32,000 bases of DNA, taken from positions 400,325 to 432,324 of the forward strand of contig NC_003902.1 in NCBI RefSeq assembly GCF_000007145.1, written 5' to 3'. Shown here piece after piece: positions 1-7,562 of the stretch. The translations under genes and the position numbers were made by a program. How positions within the stretch are numbered: position 1 is the first letter of the stretch; each line of letters starts with the position of its first letter. The notes under the pieces are model-generated. The model did no database searches. It worked only from the letters and a program-made list of their open reading frames with translations, and was not told where the DNA came from. Source of the stretch: Xanthomonas campestris pv. campestris str. ATCC 33913 (GTDB taxonomy: Bacteria > Pseudomonadota > Gammaproteobacteria > Xanthomonadales > Xanthomonadaceae).

Positions 1-50
1 CTGGTTGGCAGCGCCTAGTCTGCCCCAACAATGCTCCAGGCAAGAACTAA

Positions 51-191
51 GAGCGGCTAACAAAACGTAGCGAGCAGCCGTCAGGTGGGTGCGGACGGCG
101 CGGAGGAACCGCAGTGTACGGGGGTACATGCGGATTCCGAGCGCCGGCCGCGCCCGCCTGACGGCTGCGCAGCAGTTTTGACAGCTGCTCT
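51..191 (+). repeat. ~140-bp imperfect-palindromic intergenic element (MITE/REP-like), copy 1, forward
   Basis: The arms GAGCGGCTAACAAAACGTAGCGAGCAGCCGTCAGGTGGG and CCCGCCTGACGGCTGCGCAGCAGTTTTGACAGCTGCTC are near reverse complements. A similar copy lies at 16258..16400 and inverted copies at 13910..14046 and 18898..19040. Confidence 0.75.
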
Positions 192-282
192 GATTACCAG
201 GCAAAGCTACGCAAAATTCAAGCCTCAGCCCGCTAATAGCTTTGCCTACCGCGACAGCAGAGACGCCGTAAGCAGATGCGGC

Positions 283-1074
283 TCAGGGATCGGCTGGCGT
301 ATATCGCAGCAGATCGCTGCCGACAAAGTAGTTGCCGTAGTACTCGTTCTTTCGAAGGCCGGGGTGTGCTGCAAAGTCGATATAGGGCGCAGCGCAGTGT
401 GGGCAGCGGAACGGATTCATATAGCGATAGGCCGACCCATCCGGTGCCAGCGGAAGCCGTTCTTCCAGTGCATGCAGCTGCTCGGGGTCCGGCTCTGTCA
501 ATGCGGCCGGACTGCCGGCAATGTGGTCCTCCACCGTGATGGTGTACCTGCCGGATTCCGAGTAGAAATAGCCCGCGTTGCTGAAGCCGGCGTGGTAGGA
601 ACGGATCAGGAAAGAACGTTTGCAGTGGTCGCATTCACAGGAAAGCAGTACGTTGCCGCCGGTGACTAGTCCACTGAAGTGCAGACCCCTGGCAAAAAGC
701 CCCTTGCCTGCAAGTGCGGTACTGCTGACGCTGGCGCCCGGCAGGAAGAACGGCTGAAATCTGATCCCGTCTGCGTGCCCATTCGCAAACGCGTCTGGAT
801 CGAGCTGCTCGGTCTGGGAAATGACACAGTCTGCCTGGCACCCCAGGTTGGGATGTACGCGAATGGAGAAGTGGAACCATCCTGTTGCAGCACCAAGTTC
901 ATGCCGATGCACACCTCCCGCCGAGTCGGTAAATTCCAGGACGCTATCGGCTTTCAACCATGCGGAAGGCTTGATCTCACACGGGACATCACTCTGGCTA
1001 ATGCGACACAACTCCCGCCCATCGGCACGAACAATCAGTAATGGAGCGGCTTGCTTCTTGAAGATGGAGAACAT
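283..1074 (-). CDS. hypothetical protein with two Cys pairs (possible zinc-ribbon)
   Basis: ORF track gives 283..1137 with a TTG start. The internal ATG at 1074 is preceded by AAGGA. CECDHC and CPHC motifs are present. I recognise no family. Confidence 0.55.
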   Translation of the reverse strand: MFSIFKKQAAPLLIVRADGRELCRISQSDVPCEIKPSAWLKADSVLEFTDSAGGVHRHELGAATGWFHFSIRVHPNLGCQADCVISQTEQLDPDAFANGHADGIRFQPFFLPGASVSSTALAGKGLFARGLHFSGLVTGGNVLLSCECDHCKRSFLIRSYHAGFSNAGYFYSESGRYTITVEDHIAGSPAALTEPDPEQLHALEERLPLAPDGSAYRYMNPFRCPHCAAPYIDFAAHPGLRKNEYYGNYFVGSDLLRYTPADP

Positions 1075-1139
1075 GCGTTCCTTGACGGTAATGCTGGAAT
1101 GACAGATTGGAGCGCTGGCGCGAGCGCAGCAGAACAATT

Positions 1140-1598
1140 TTAGCTCTTCAAAACGTCAGACGCCGCGCTTGCCCTCGACGTTTTCCTCTTGAAGGCCATA
1201 CCTACACTGGCAGGCGCAGTCAACGCAAAACCGAACTGCTGGTAGAGCTTATACGCCGCACCATCCGCAATCAGGCTGACATACGCAGACGCAGGTACTT
1301 CGCGTTCTATGTAGCTTGCGATCTCACCCATGACAGTCTTGCCCAGACCACGGCCCTGATGTGCTGGCAAAACCGCAATGTCCACCACCTGATAAAAACA
1401 GCCGCCATCGCCGATGACGCGCCCCATCGCTACCGGCTCGCCATCGCAAAGCACCTGCACGCTGAACAGCGAGTTGGGCAACCCGCGCTCGGCCGCTTCC
1501 AACGCTTTCGGGCTCAAGCCGCTTGCTTGGCGAAGATGACGATACGCTTCGATAGTCGGCGTTTGATGTACGACACGATACAGGGATGATGAGAGCAT
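1140..1598 (-). CDS. GNAT family N-acetyltransferase
   Basis: 152-aa ORF with the acetyl-CoA-binding-type motif QGRGLGKTVM and GNAT-like length and layout. Confidence 0.8.
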   Translation of the reverse strand: MLSSSLYRVVHQTPTIEAYRHLRQASGLSPKALEAAERGLPNSLFSVQVLCDGEPVAMGRVIGDGGCFYQVVDIAVLPAHQGRGLGKTVMGEIASYIEREVPASAYVSLIADGAAYKLYQQFGFALTAPASVGMAFKRKTSRASAASDVLKS

Positions 1599-1610
1599 GA
1601 CGGGAGTGCT

Positions 1611-1757
1611 TTAGGGATGGTCTGAATTTGATGGTGTTGTTACCAGTTCTTGGAAAAGGCCAATGACCGTAGCAAGCTCTGGATTATTCAAGGGCGCCAT
1701 ATCACGCGCGGATGCGGTGAGTGGCAAGAGCAAAGGAAGTAGTACGAGAAGTCTCAT
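1611..1757 (-). CDS. possible small secreted peptide (48 aa)
   Basis: ATG at 1757, just inside attC 1763..1822. The N-terminus MRLLVLLPLLLPLTASA looks like a signal peptide. The track ORF 1611..1910 reads through the attC. The ORF is short and weakly supported. Confidence 0.3.
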   Translation of the reverse strand: MRLLVLLPLLLPLTASARDMAPLNNPELATVIGLFQELVTTPSNSDHP

Positions 1758-1762
1758 CAGAG

Positions 1763-1822
1763 GCCTAACGCCTGAATTAAGCCGACCCGCGAAGCGGGTT
1801 CGGCTTGAATGAATTGTTAGGC
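1763..1822 (-). repeat. attC site 1 (most distal)
   Basis: GCCTAAC...GTTAGGC ends, arms AATTAAGCCG/CGGCTTGAAT, central stem GACCCGC-GAA-GCGGGTT. Confidence 0.88.
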
Positions 1823-2218
1823 ACTGCCGACACCTACAACAACGCCGATTGCCGGTGTGGTTAGGAACCAGACACCTGGCAGCCAGACGAGCTTGCGTGC
1901 CCGAAGCCACAGCGGTTTGAGGTGGGGCGGGATAGTAGACGACGGCTGTGTGATCCAGCTCAGCTCACAAAAATTGTTGTGGTAGCCAGGACCAAGACCA
2001 GGAAATTGCGTGAGGTGTTCCCAGGCAGCTCGATCAACGGCCAGAAGATCTTGACGAAAACGGATGTTGAGTAGCGCGCCAGCCCCGCCTGCAAGTGCAA
2101 GACTACCCACGGCATAAAGCGTGATTAGCCACTCTCGTGGACCGACCACTCCGAAACGAAGCAAAAGAACCCAAGCTGCCAAAATTCCCCATGCAACAAA
2201 TAACCATCGAACTTTCAT
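1817..2218 (-). CDS. cassette-encoded small membrane protein (133 aa)
   Basis: ATG at 2218. Several hydrophobic segments. The TAA stop lies inside the attC core (GCC TAA C). Confidence 0.55.
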   Translation of the reverse strand: MKVRWLFVAWGILAAWVLLLRFGVVGPREWLITLYAVGSLALAGGAGALLNIRFRQDLLAVDRAAWEHLTQFPGLGPGYHNNFCELSWITQPSSTIPPHLKPLWLRARKLVWLPGVWFLTTPAIGVVVGVGSA

Positions 2219-2223
2219 GCGGT

Positions 2224-2316
2224 GCCTAACGTCGGAGTTGACCGGCGACCGGCGGAGAGGACCGTAGCGAAGCGAAGGACCGCCGTTGGGCGTCCGTGTC
2301 GAACGACCTGTTAGAC
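2224..2316 (-). repeat. attC site 2, divergent 93-bp type
   Basis: Starts GCCTAAC and ends GTTAGAC. The interior is unrelated to the array consensus. The GTTAGAC end matches the GTCTAA at the other end of its cassette (3554..3559). Confidence 0.6.
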
Positions 2317-2355
2317 CGCAGGCCCGACCTCAAAGAACCGTACCCCAATATAACT

Positions 2356-2811
2356 TCACGGCTTCGGTCCGGGCTGGGAAGCACACCAAGCATTCAGGGC
2401 CACTTTGCCGACACTGGCGAGGACGAGCGCAATGAGTGGGGCGATGACGGCTGCGGCAACGCTTAGCTGCGGTGCTATTGCCACCGCCATCGCGCTCACT
2501 ACGTATGTACGGGCAAGACCCTTTTCGCCGAAAAGCCCATCCCTTTCCTTCTTATATTTCTTGTCCCCGCAAAGAAAAGCGCGGATCTCCGAGCGCAAGT
2601 TATCCAGGAATGCCCCCTTGTCGCCGACGGGAGCCGACGCAGAGAAGCGGTAGGTGTTTTCAGCAGAGGCTGTAATCCAGGCTTGAGCGATATCCTCGTA
2701 CGATGAGCCGGCTGACCGCAACTCCTGGATAGCGGAGCGCTGGAACTCTGGAAGCTCACCGACCCATTTGTCCGGGTCGTCTTGCAGCAATGTGTCGATG
2801 GTGTCCGTCAT
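2356..2811 (-). CDS. hypothetical protein with a C-terminal hydrophobic anchor (151 aa), partner of the protease
   Basis: Its ATG lies 2 nt after the protease stop. Soluble N-terminal ~100 aa, then VVSAMAVAIAPQLSVAAAVIAPLIALVLASVG. Confidence 0.6.
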   Translation of the reverse strand: MTDTIDTLLQDDPDKWVGELPEFQRSAIQELRSAGSSYEDIAQAWITASAENTYRFSASAPVGDKGAFLDNLRSEIRAFLCGDKKYKKERDGLFGEKGLARTYVVSAMAVAIAPQLSVAAAVIAPLIALVLASVGKVALNAWCASQPGPKP

Positions 2812-2813
2812 AG

Positions 2814-3521
2814 CTAGTACATCTTAGAAAGGTACTCCGACGATACCGCGTGCGTCGTCTGATGAAGAGTGTGCGGGTCGACTCCCCCCAACGATATGCC
2901 GCCGCCGCCCCCGGGGGCATAGGAGCCGACGAGCACCCCTACCAGCCGACCATCAGTCTTTCTGAAGATCGGACTGCCAGACTGCCCAGGGCGTGCCTGA
3001 GTATTTAGGACCAGGTGTTTTGCCTTGATGCCGCCGGATGCGATTAGAACTCGCGCCCCAATCTCAGCGTCTTGTTGCGTAAGAACCATTCGGCAGTGAT
3101 CCGCGTGTGGGAAACCAAAACTGGCGACCTGCGTACCCACCGTTGCGTCATCTGCGCCACCTACCACCACACTCGACGTAGAGATTACATCTGCCTTAAG
3201 GACGGCGAGGTCATGAAACGGGTCAAGGGCGTGGATCTGCACAGGAAACGACCTGATGGAGGTGTCTCCGGTGTCTTGATAGTCGTGCAGTGCTGCGAGC
3301 GGCTTGAAGGCGAGGACAAGGTTCTGTCCCTCCGTCCCCGCCACGTGCGACGCTGTCGCGAAGAGACCGGGCTTGTCTAAAGCAAATGCAGTGCCCAAAA
3401 GCTGAACGCCCCCTGGCCCGTTGCGCCCAAGGGCAAAGACGAGATTCGAAACAGGACTGAAGTCGAACAACTGATGCCTCCAAAGATATGAATGCCACTG
3501 CTGAGTGTAAAGAAGGCCCAT
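2814..3521 (-). CDS. trypsin-like (S1/chymotrypsin-fold) serine protease, no signal peptide
   Basis: Internal ATG at 3521; the track ORF 2814..3749 runs upstream through the attC. Triad contexts are TASHV (His), DLAVLK (Asp) and GQSGSPIF (Ser). Confidence 0.7.
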   Translation of the reverse strand: MGLLYTQQWHSYLWRHQLFDFSPVSNLVFALGRNGPGGVQLLGTAFALDKPGLFATASHVAGTEGQNLVLAFKPLAALHDYQDTGDTSIRSFPVQIHALDPFHDLAVLKADVISTSSVVVGGADDATVGTQVASFGFPHADHCRMVLTQQDAEIGARVLIASGGIKAKHLVLNTQARPGQSGSPIFRKTDGRLVGVLVGSYAPGGGGGISLGGVDPHTLHQTTHAVSSEYLSKMY

Positions 3522-3553
3522 GCGGAGGGACGATACGGGGATTCTGTACTGCG

Positions 3554-3613
3554 GTCTAATGCTTGAATTAAGCCGAGTTGCGAAGCAACTTCGGCTTGAA
3601 TGAGTTGTTAGGC
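3554..3613 (-). repeat. attC site 3 (belongs to repeat cassette A)
   Basis: GTCTAAT...GTTAGGC ends, central stem GAGTTGC-GAA-GCAACTT, right arm GAATGAGTTGTTAGGC. Confidence 0.85.
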
Positions 3614-3893
3614 AGTGAGTGGCCGCAAAGGTTGGATGATGCAACCATGCTCCCCAGCACTGCCGCCTGGGCAGAGTGTGCCACAGCTTGCGGGATGGAG
3701 CTTGCCCCAGCGAAGCAGTGGCGCGTGACGCCACCGAAGCCAACTGCAACGAGCGCAGCGCGGGAACGACGTACCAAGGCGAAGCACCGACTTACCGCAA
3801 CCAGCAACGGTGATGACTGCTGTCCGGAGCCAACCGCATGCACACCTGCAAACTCACCGAAGCGGCGACCACCAACGCATTTGCTCCACCACG
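3614..3893. repeat. ORF-less 280-bp cassette family, copy A
   Basis: Aligns end to end with 4432..4711, 7223..7502, 8110..8390, 10539..10818, 11743..12023 and 12084..12363. Carries +1 and -1 indels relative to the other copies. Confidence 0.9.
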
Positions 3894-3982
3894 GCCTAAC
3901 GCCTGAATTAAGCCGGCCCGCCCGACCAACTGTCCGCTCATTGCCGTAACGATGCGGGCCCGGCTTGAATGAATTGTTAGGC
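3894..3982 (-). repeat. attC site 4, long (89 bp) variant
   Basis: GCCTAAC...GTTAGGC with the usual arms but an extended central stem (GCCGGCCCGC...GCGGGCCCGGC). Confidence 0.8.
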
Positions 3983-3992
3983 CTCAACCCAG

Positions 3993-4355
3993 TTACCGAT
4001 TGGCAGCCGCAGGGATGTAGCCATTTCTTACCCAGGAAGCGCCAAATCCAAAGACGCAGACAAACATGATGATCTTGTCTGCTATCAATGCGATCGGCGG
4101 AAGCGACCCTGATAAGAAATAAAAAATTAAGTTAATGATGAAAACGGATCCCATCGCTAGGATGAGCTGCAGCCACGGAATTTTTGGTGCAGCAAACTTC
4201 ATGCCGATAAGGCATACGCACAGCAATATTGGGAAAGCATAGCGCAGGAGACTACTGTCGCCATTGATCGCTCTATACCCCAGATAGACCATAGTGGCCG
4301 CAATAAGCAACGTAGCAATTCTGATTCTAATCGGTGAGAACCTTGGATCATTCAT
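3993..4355 (-). CDS. cassette-encoded small membrane protein (120 aa)
   Basis: ATG at 4355. Hydrophobic throughout, consistent with multiple TM segments. Markedly AT-rich compared with the core genes. Confidence 0.6.
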   Translation of the reverse strand: MNDPRFSPIRIRIATLLIAATMVYLGYRAINGDSSLLRYAFPILLCVCLIGMKFAAPKIPWLQLILAMGSVFIINLIFYFLSGSLPPIALIADKIIMFVCVFGFGASWVRNGYIPAAANR

Positions 4356-4371
4356 GATCTTCCCCTTTGAG

Positions 4372-4431
4372 GCCTAACGCCTGAGTTAAGCCGAGTTGCG
4401 AAGCAACTTCGGCTTGAATGAGTTGTTAGGC
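4372..4431 (-). repeat. attC site 5 (repeat cassette B)
   Basis: GCCTAAC...GTTAGGC, central stem GAGTTGC-GAA-GCAACTT. Confidence 0.88.
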
Positions 4432-4711
4432 AGTGAGTGGCCGCAAAGGTTGGATGGTGCAACCATGCTCCCCAGCACTGCCGCCTGGACCAAGTGTGCC
4501 ACAGCTTGCGGGAGGGAGCTTGCCCAGCGATGCAGCGGCGCGTGATGCCACCGAAGCCAACTGTACCGAGCGCAGCGCGATAACGACGTGCTAAGGCGAA
4601 GCGCCGAACTTACCGCAACCAGCAGCGGTGATGACTGCTGTCCGGAGCCAACCGCATGCATGCCTGCGAACTCACCGAAGCGGCGACCACCAACGCATTT
4701 GCTCCACCACG
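4432..4711. repeat. ORF-less 280-bp cassette family, copy B
   Basis: Full-length alignment with the other six copies. Confidence 0.9.
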
Positions 4712-4771
4712 GCCTAACGCCTGAATTAAGCCGAGTTGCGAAGCAACTTCGGCTTGAATGATTTGTTAGGC
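4712..4771 (-). repeat. attC site 6
   Basis: GCCTAAC...GTTAGGC, GAGTTGC-GAA-GCAACTT stem, right arm GAATGATTTGTTAGGC. Differs by one base from attC 12364..12423. Confidence 0.88.
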
Positions 4772-4781
4772 GGCTGATCCA

Positions 4782-5030
4782 TTAATGGACGCCGCTGGGC
4801 GGACCAATGAGGGAGTCAATTCCCTCATCCCGAATAGTGCGCAACGCCTCGTCGAGTGCGGCCTGGTCCGTTGCGAATAGGTCATCCCAGACGGTGGAGT
4901 TGTTGAACTCATCAACAGCCTCAAGGGTCCAGTCGGTGTCGAGCCCGCGATAGATCTCTAGGCGAACAGTGCGGCCATCGGTCGTGACGGAGCGGCATAG
5001 GGGCGAGGTAACAAGCTGATAGTTGTCCAT
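4782..5030 (-). CDS. hypothetical 82-aa cassette protein (copy 1 of 2)
   Basis: ATG at 5030. The protein is identical to the ORF at 12434..12682. Acidic and soluble-looking. No family recognised. Confidence 0.6.
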   Translation of the reverse strand: MDNYQLVTSPLCRSVTTDGRTVRLEIYRGLDTDWTLEAVDEFNNSTVWDDLFATDQAALDEALRTIRDEGIDSLIGPPSGVH

Positions 5031-5064
5031 GAAAAGTCTCAGTTGCGATTGTCTCTGTTCATCT

Positions 5065-5124
5065 GCCTAACGCCTGAATTAAGCCGACCCGCGAGGCGGG
5101 TTCGGCTTGAATGAATTGTTAGGC
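5065..5124 (-). repeat. attC site 7
   Basis: GCCTAAC...GTTAGGC, central stem GACCCGC-GAG-GCGGGTT. Confidence 0.88.
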
Positions 5125-5564
5125 GCGCCCCCAGAAGTTCCAGAAACTGCGCAAAGCTGCAGGATCTCATCTAGACCCTCCATTAGCCATTCTGGGTGAG
5201 GTAATGCCGTGGGTCCACCGTAGCGTAGAAAATGACGTTTGTGCTGATCGCTGAGGTTGGTAATCAATGCCCGAGTTTGGTTGCTGATTGTGACGAGGCC
5301 GGAAAGCATTTCTGCAAGCTTTGCAAGGTTGTGCCTAGTATCAACCGCTTTAAGTTCCTGCGAAGTAACGTCGCGTTTGAGCAAAGCAGCCTTTAGAAGA
5401 AGCTCAATCACATGCGAAGCCAGGTAATAGACTGGAAGACAGGCCATTTTTGCGGGTAGGCCATTTTTGTCTTTGTCCATATCTGCGAGAAGCACGTTGA
5501 TGCAGTGTCGAAAGGCTCCAGCGTGACCAAGGTACATAGCTCCGAGGAGATGAGTATCTTCCAT
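5079..5564 (-). CDS. possible HEPN-like helical protein (161 aa)
   Basis: The internal ATG at 5564 is the first Met inside the cassette; the track ORF extends to 5654 through the attC. The segment ELLLKAALLKRD...TRHNLAKLAEML resembles the HEPN helix pair. The ORF runs into the attC and stops at the TAA of AATTAAGCC. Confidence 0.45.
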   Translation of the reverse strand: MEDTHLLGAMYLGHAGAFRHCINVLLADMDKDKNGLPAKMACLPVYYLASHVIELLLKAALLKRDVTSQELKAVDTRHNLAKLAEMLSGLVTISNQTRALITNLSDQHKRHFLRYGGPTALPHPEWLMEGLDEILQLCAVSGTSGGAPNNSFKPNPPRGSA

Positions 5565-5567
5565 AGC

Positions 5568-5679
5568 ACCTAACGCTTGAATTAAGCCGAGTTGCGCAGT
5601 GGAGGCAACAACATGGCAAGCTTTATTTGCCATGTTGTTGCTGTAACGAAGCAAGTTCGGCTTGAATGAATTGTTAGGC
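5568..5679 (-). repeat. attC site 8, long (112 bp) variant
   Basis: ACCTAAC...GTTAGGC with the usual arms. The centre carries a perfect 15-bp hairpin (5605..5641, GCAACAACATGGCAA/TTGCCATGTTGTTGC). Confidence 0.75.
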
Positions 5680-5709
5680 GGTAATCAGTATGTATCAGCC
5701 TTCTATTTT

Positions 5710-6150
5710 CTATTTAGCGAGGCCAGACGCTAAAACACCTTTTCTCCCCTCTTCTTCGGAAACCAGCTCGACATTTGCCCCGCCCACGAAAACACCCATT
5801 TTGATGTATTGGCGGATGAAGTAGTTCATTCCTGATTGAACCGTGAACTTGAAATCATTATCGCTAAACTCGGACTCCGTTGACACTGTGTGCTCGCCAG
5901 GGTCGACCTGATTGTAGAAGTAGGTTTTGTTAGCGCTTTCCCCAAGCCGCTTGCCATCCATGTAGATGTCTTTTTTGAGCGCTTGACCCATAAAACTATT
6001 CCTGTACATGTAAACGCCAGCCTTTCCCGCAGGCGGTGGTGCGAAAGTCTTTAGCTCTGCATCTTGAGATGCAGGCGCCATAGGAACCGAAGCGCAACCG
6101 GAAGCCAGCAGAATGGCCGCCAACACCGCAACAAATTTTCCCCTCAACAT
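5710..6150 (-). CDS. lipoprotein, DUF2846-like
   Basis: Signal peptide with lipobox LASGC. The beta-rich body (GVYMYR...DGKRLG...PGEHTV) resembles the DUF2846 family. Confidence 0.65.
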   Translation of the reverse strand: MLRGKFVAVLAAILLASGCASVPMAPASQDAELKTFAPPPAGKAGVYMYRNSFMGQALKKDIYMDGKRLGESANKTYFYNQVDPGEHTVSTESEFSDNDFKFTVQSGMNYFIRQYIKMGVFVGGANVELVSEEEGRKGVLASGLAK

Positions 6151-6196
6151 GTGTATTCCTCTGTTTGTAATGGATCGAGATGAAGCTGGAACTGCC

Positions 6197-6256
6197 GCCT
6201 AACGGCTGAATTAAGCCGACTGGCGAAGCCAGTTCAGCTTGAATGAATTGTTAGGC
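6197..6256 (-). repeat. attC site 9
   Basis: GCCTAAC...GTTAGGC, central stem GACTGGC-GAA-GCCAGTT. Confidence 0.85.
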
Positions 6257-6739
6257 ATCAGGCTCCGATGCCCGTACGGCCACCACATCAAACCGCCACC
6301 GGTGATCCGGCGCCGGAGCTAGTGAATCACCCGCAAAGTACAAATACTCGTTGAAGTCCCGGGCTTGGCCAGGAGGAACCTTTATGTAGAGCGTTTCCCG
6401 CGTTTCCGCGACGACCACGCAGGGTGACGCGGCGGGCGGTTGTGGACACTCACTTACAGCGATCTCGAAATCGACTTGCGAAAGGGTGTGCTGCGGGGAC
6501 GTATTTGTCACCCGACCTCTGAAACGGTAGCTACCGTACTCAGAAAGAATCTTCGTGTTGGTCACTCTAACTTGAGCGGCAGTGATCCGTGAATTGGCGA
6601 GACGCTCCTGATGTTGGTCATACAGGTAGTAGCCTCCGCCACCCACTGCGGCTAGCAATAGCAGCACACCGGAAAACTTGCGGAAGCTCGCCGACACAAT
6701 TAGCAGGATGAGGACAACGATTGCAAAAAGCCACGCCAT
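6251..6739 (-). CDS. membrane-anchored hypothetical protein (162 aa)
   Basis: ATG at 6739. Two N-terminal hydrophobic helices followed by a beta-rich domain. The TAA stop lies inside the attC core. Confidence 0.6.
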   Translation of the reverse strand: MAWLFAIVVLILLIVSASFRKFSGVLLLLAAVGGGGYYLYDQHQERLANSRITAAQVRVTNTKILSEYGSYRFRGRVTNTSPQHTLSQVDFEIAVSECPQPPAASPCVVVAETRETLYIKVPPGQARDFNEYLYFAGDSLAPAPDHRWRFDVVAVRASEPDA

Positions 6740-6755
6740 GAACTTTCCCCCTGAT

Positions 6756-6815
6756 GCCTAACGCCTGAATTAAGCCGACCCGCGAAGCAGGTTCGGCTTG
6801 AATGAATTGTTAGGC
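6756..6815 (-). repeat. attC site 10
   Basis: GCCTAAC...GTTAGGC, central stem GACCCGC-GAA-GCAGGTT. Confidence 0.88.
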
Positions 6816-6820
6816 CTAGC

Positions 6821-7147
6821 CTATCGGAAGGTCTCAGCCTTGAGTTGTTGCGATGACGGGTCCGACCTTTTGCGAGCAAGCTCATTCTTGAGTGGGACTA
6901 GCACAGAATCGGGAAAGACTGCGCCTGGCATGTTTGAATCATCAATCCAGGCGCTGGCGAAGGCGGCCTTGTCTTCTCGGAAGTACGGTGCAATAGCGCC
7001 GATCTTCTTGTTCGCGATCTCGGCAGAGAGTACCGCAATTGCCGCGTTGCGTTGGAGCTGATGCACCTCAGTCTCAAGACGAAGCACACGGTAACTGAGG
7101 AAAAGGCAGGCGACCGCAAGGACGGTAAGAAGGACTTTGGATGCCAT
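6821..7147 (-). CDS. membrane-anchored hypothetical protein (108 aa)
   Basis: ATG at 7147. N-terminal TM helix (VLLTVLAVACLFLSY) followed by a helical segment. Confidence 0.55.
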   Translation of the reverse strand: MASKVLLTVLAVACLFLSYRVLRLETEVHQLQRNAAIAVLSAEIANKKIGAIAPYFREDKAAFASAWIDDSNMPGAVFPDSVLVPLKNELARKRSDPSSQQLKAETFR

Positions 7148-7162
7148 AACCTCTCCAGCTAG

Positions 7163-7222
7163 GCCTAACGCTTGAATTGAGCCGAGTTGCGAAGCAACTT
7201 CTGCTTGAATGAGTTGTTAGGC
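7163..7222 (-). repeat. attC site 11 (repeat cassette C)
   Basis: GCCTAAC...GTTAGGC, GAGTTGC-GAA-GCAACTT stem, slightly mutated arms. Confidence 0.85.
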
Positions 7223-7502
7223 AGTGAGTGGCCGCGAAGGTTGGATGGTGCAACCATGCTCCCCAGCACTGCCTCCTGGACCGAGTGTGCCACAGCTTGC
7301 GGGATGGAGCTTGCCCAGCGATGCAGCGGCGCGTGATGCCGCCGAAGCCAACTGCAACGAGCGCAGCGCGGGAACGGCGTACCAAGGCGAAGCACCGAAC
7401 TTACCGCAACCCGCAACGGTGATGACTGCTGTCCGGAGCCAACCGCATGCCCGCCTGCGAAATCACCGAAGCGGCAACCACCAACGCATTTGCTCCACCG
7501 CT
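7223..7502. repeat. ORF-less 280-bp cassette family, copy C
   Basis: Full-length alignment with the other six copies. Confidence 0.9.
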
Positions 7503-7562
7503 GCCTAACACCAGAGTTAAGCCGCGCCGCGAAGCGGCGTCGGCTTGGACGAATTGTTAGGC
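7503..7562 (-). repeat. attC site 12
   Basis: GCCTAAC...GTTAGGC, central stem GCGCCGC-GAA-GCGGCGT. Confidence 0.85.

Noticed and set aside
283-1598. The GNAT gene plus its adjacent gene as a GNAT-type toxin-antitoxin pair.
   Set aside because: GNAT toxins pair with small RHH/DUF1778 antitoxins encoded upstream. The neighbour here is a 263-aa downstream protein with no such features.
1620-1655. An attC-like remnant that would define a 23rd cassette.
   Set aside because: Only partial arm similarity is present. The central stem is missing and the stretch overlaps the 3' end of the 48-aa ORF. It is kept as a hypothesis in the findings and is not annotated as a feature.
7280-7300. A sigma54-like TGGCAC motif (minus strand) and possible outward promoters in the repeated cassette, considered as evidence that it is a promoter cassette.
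   Set aside because: No TTGC element lies at the required spacing after TGGCAC. No acceptable -35/-10 pair was found near the downstream end in any copy.
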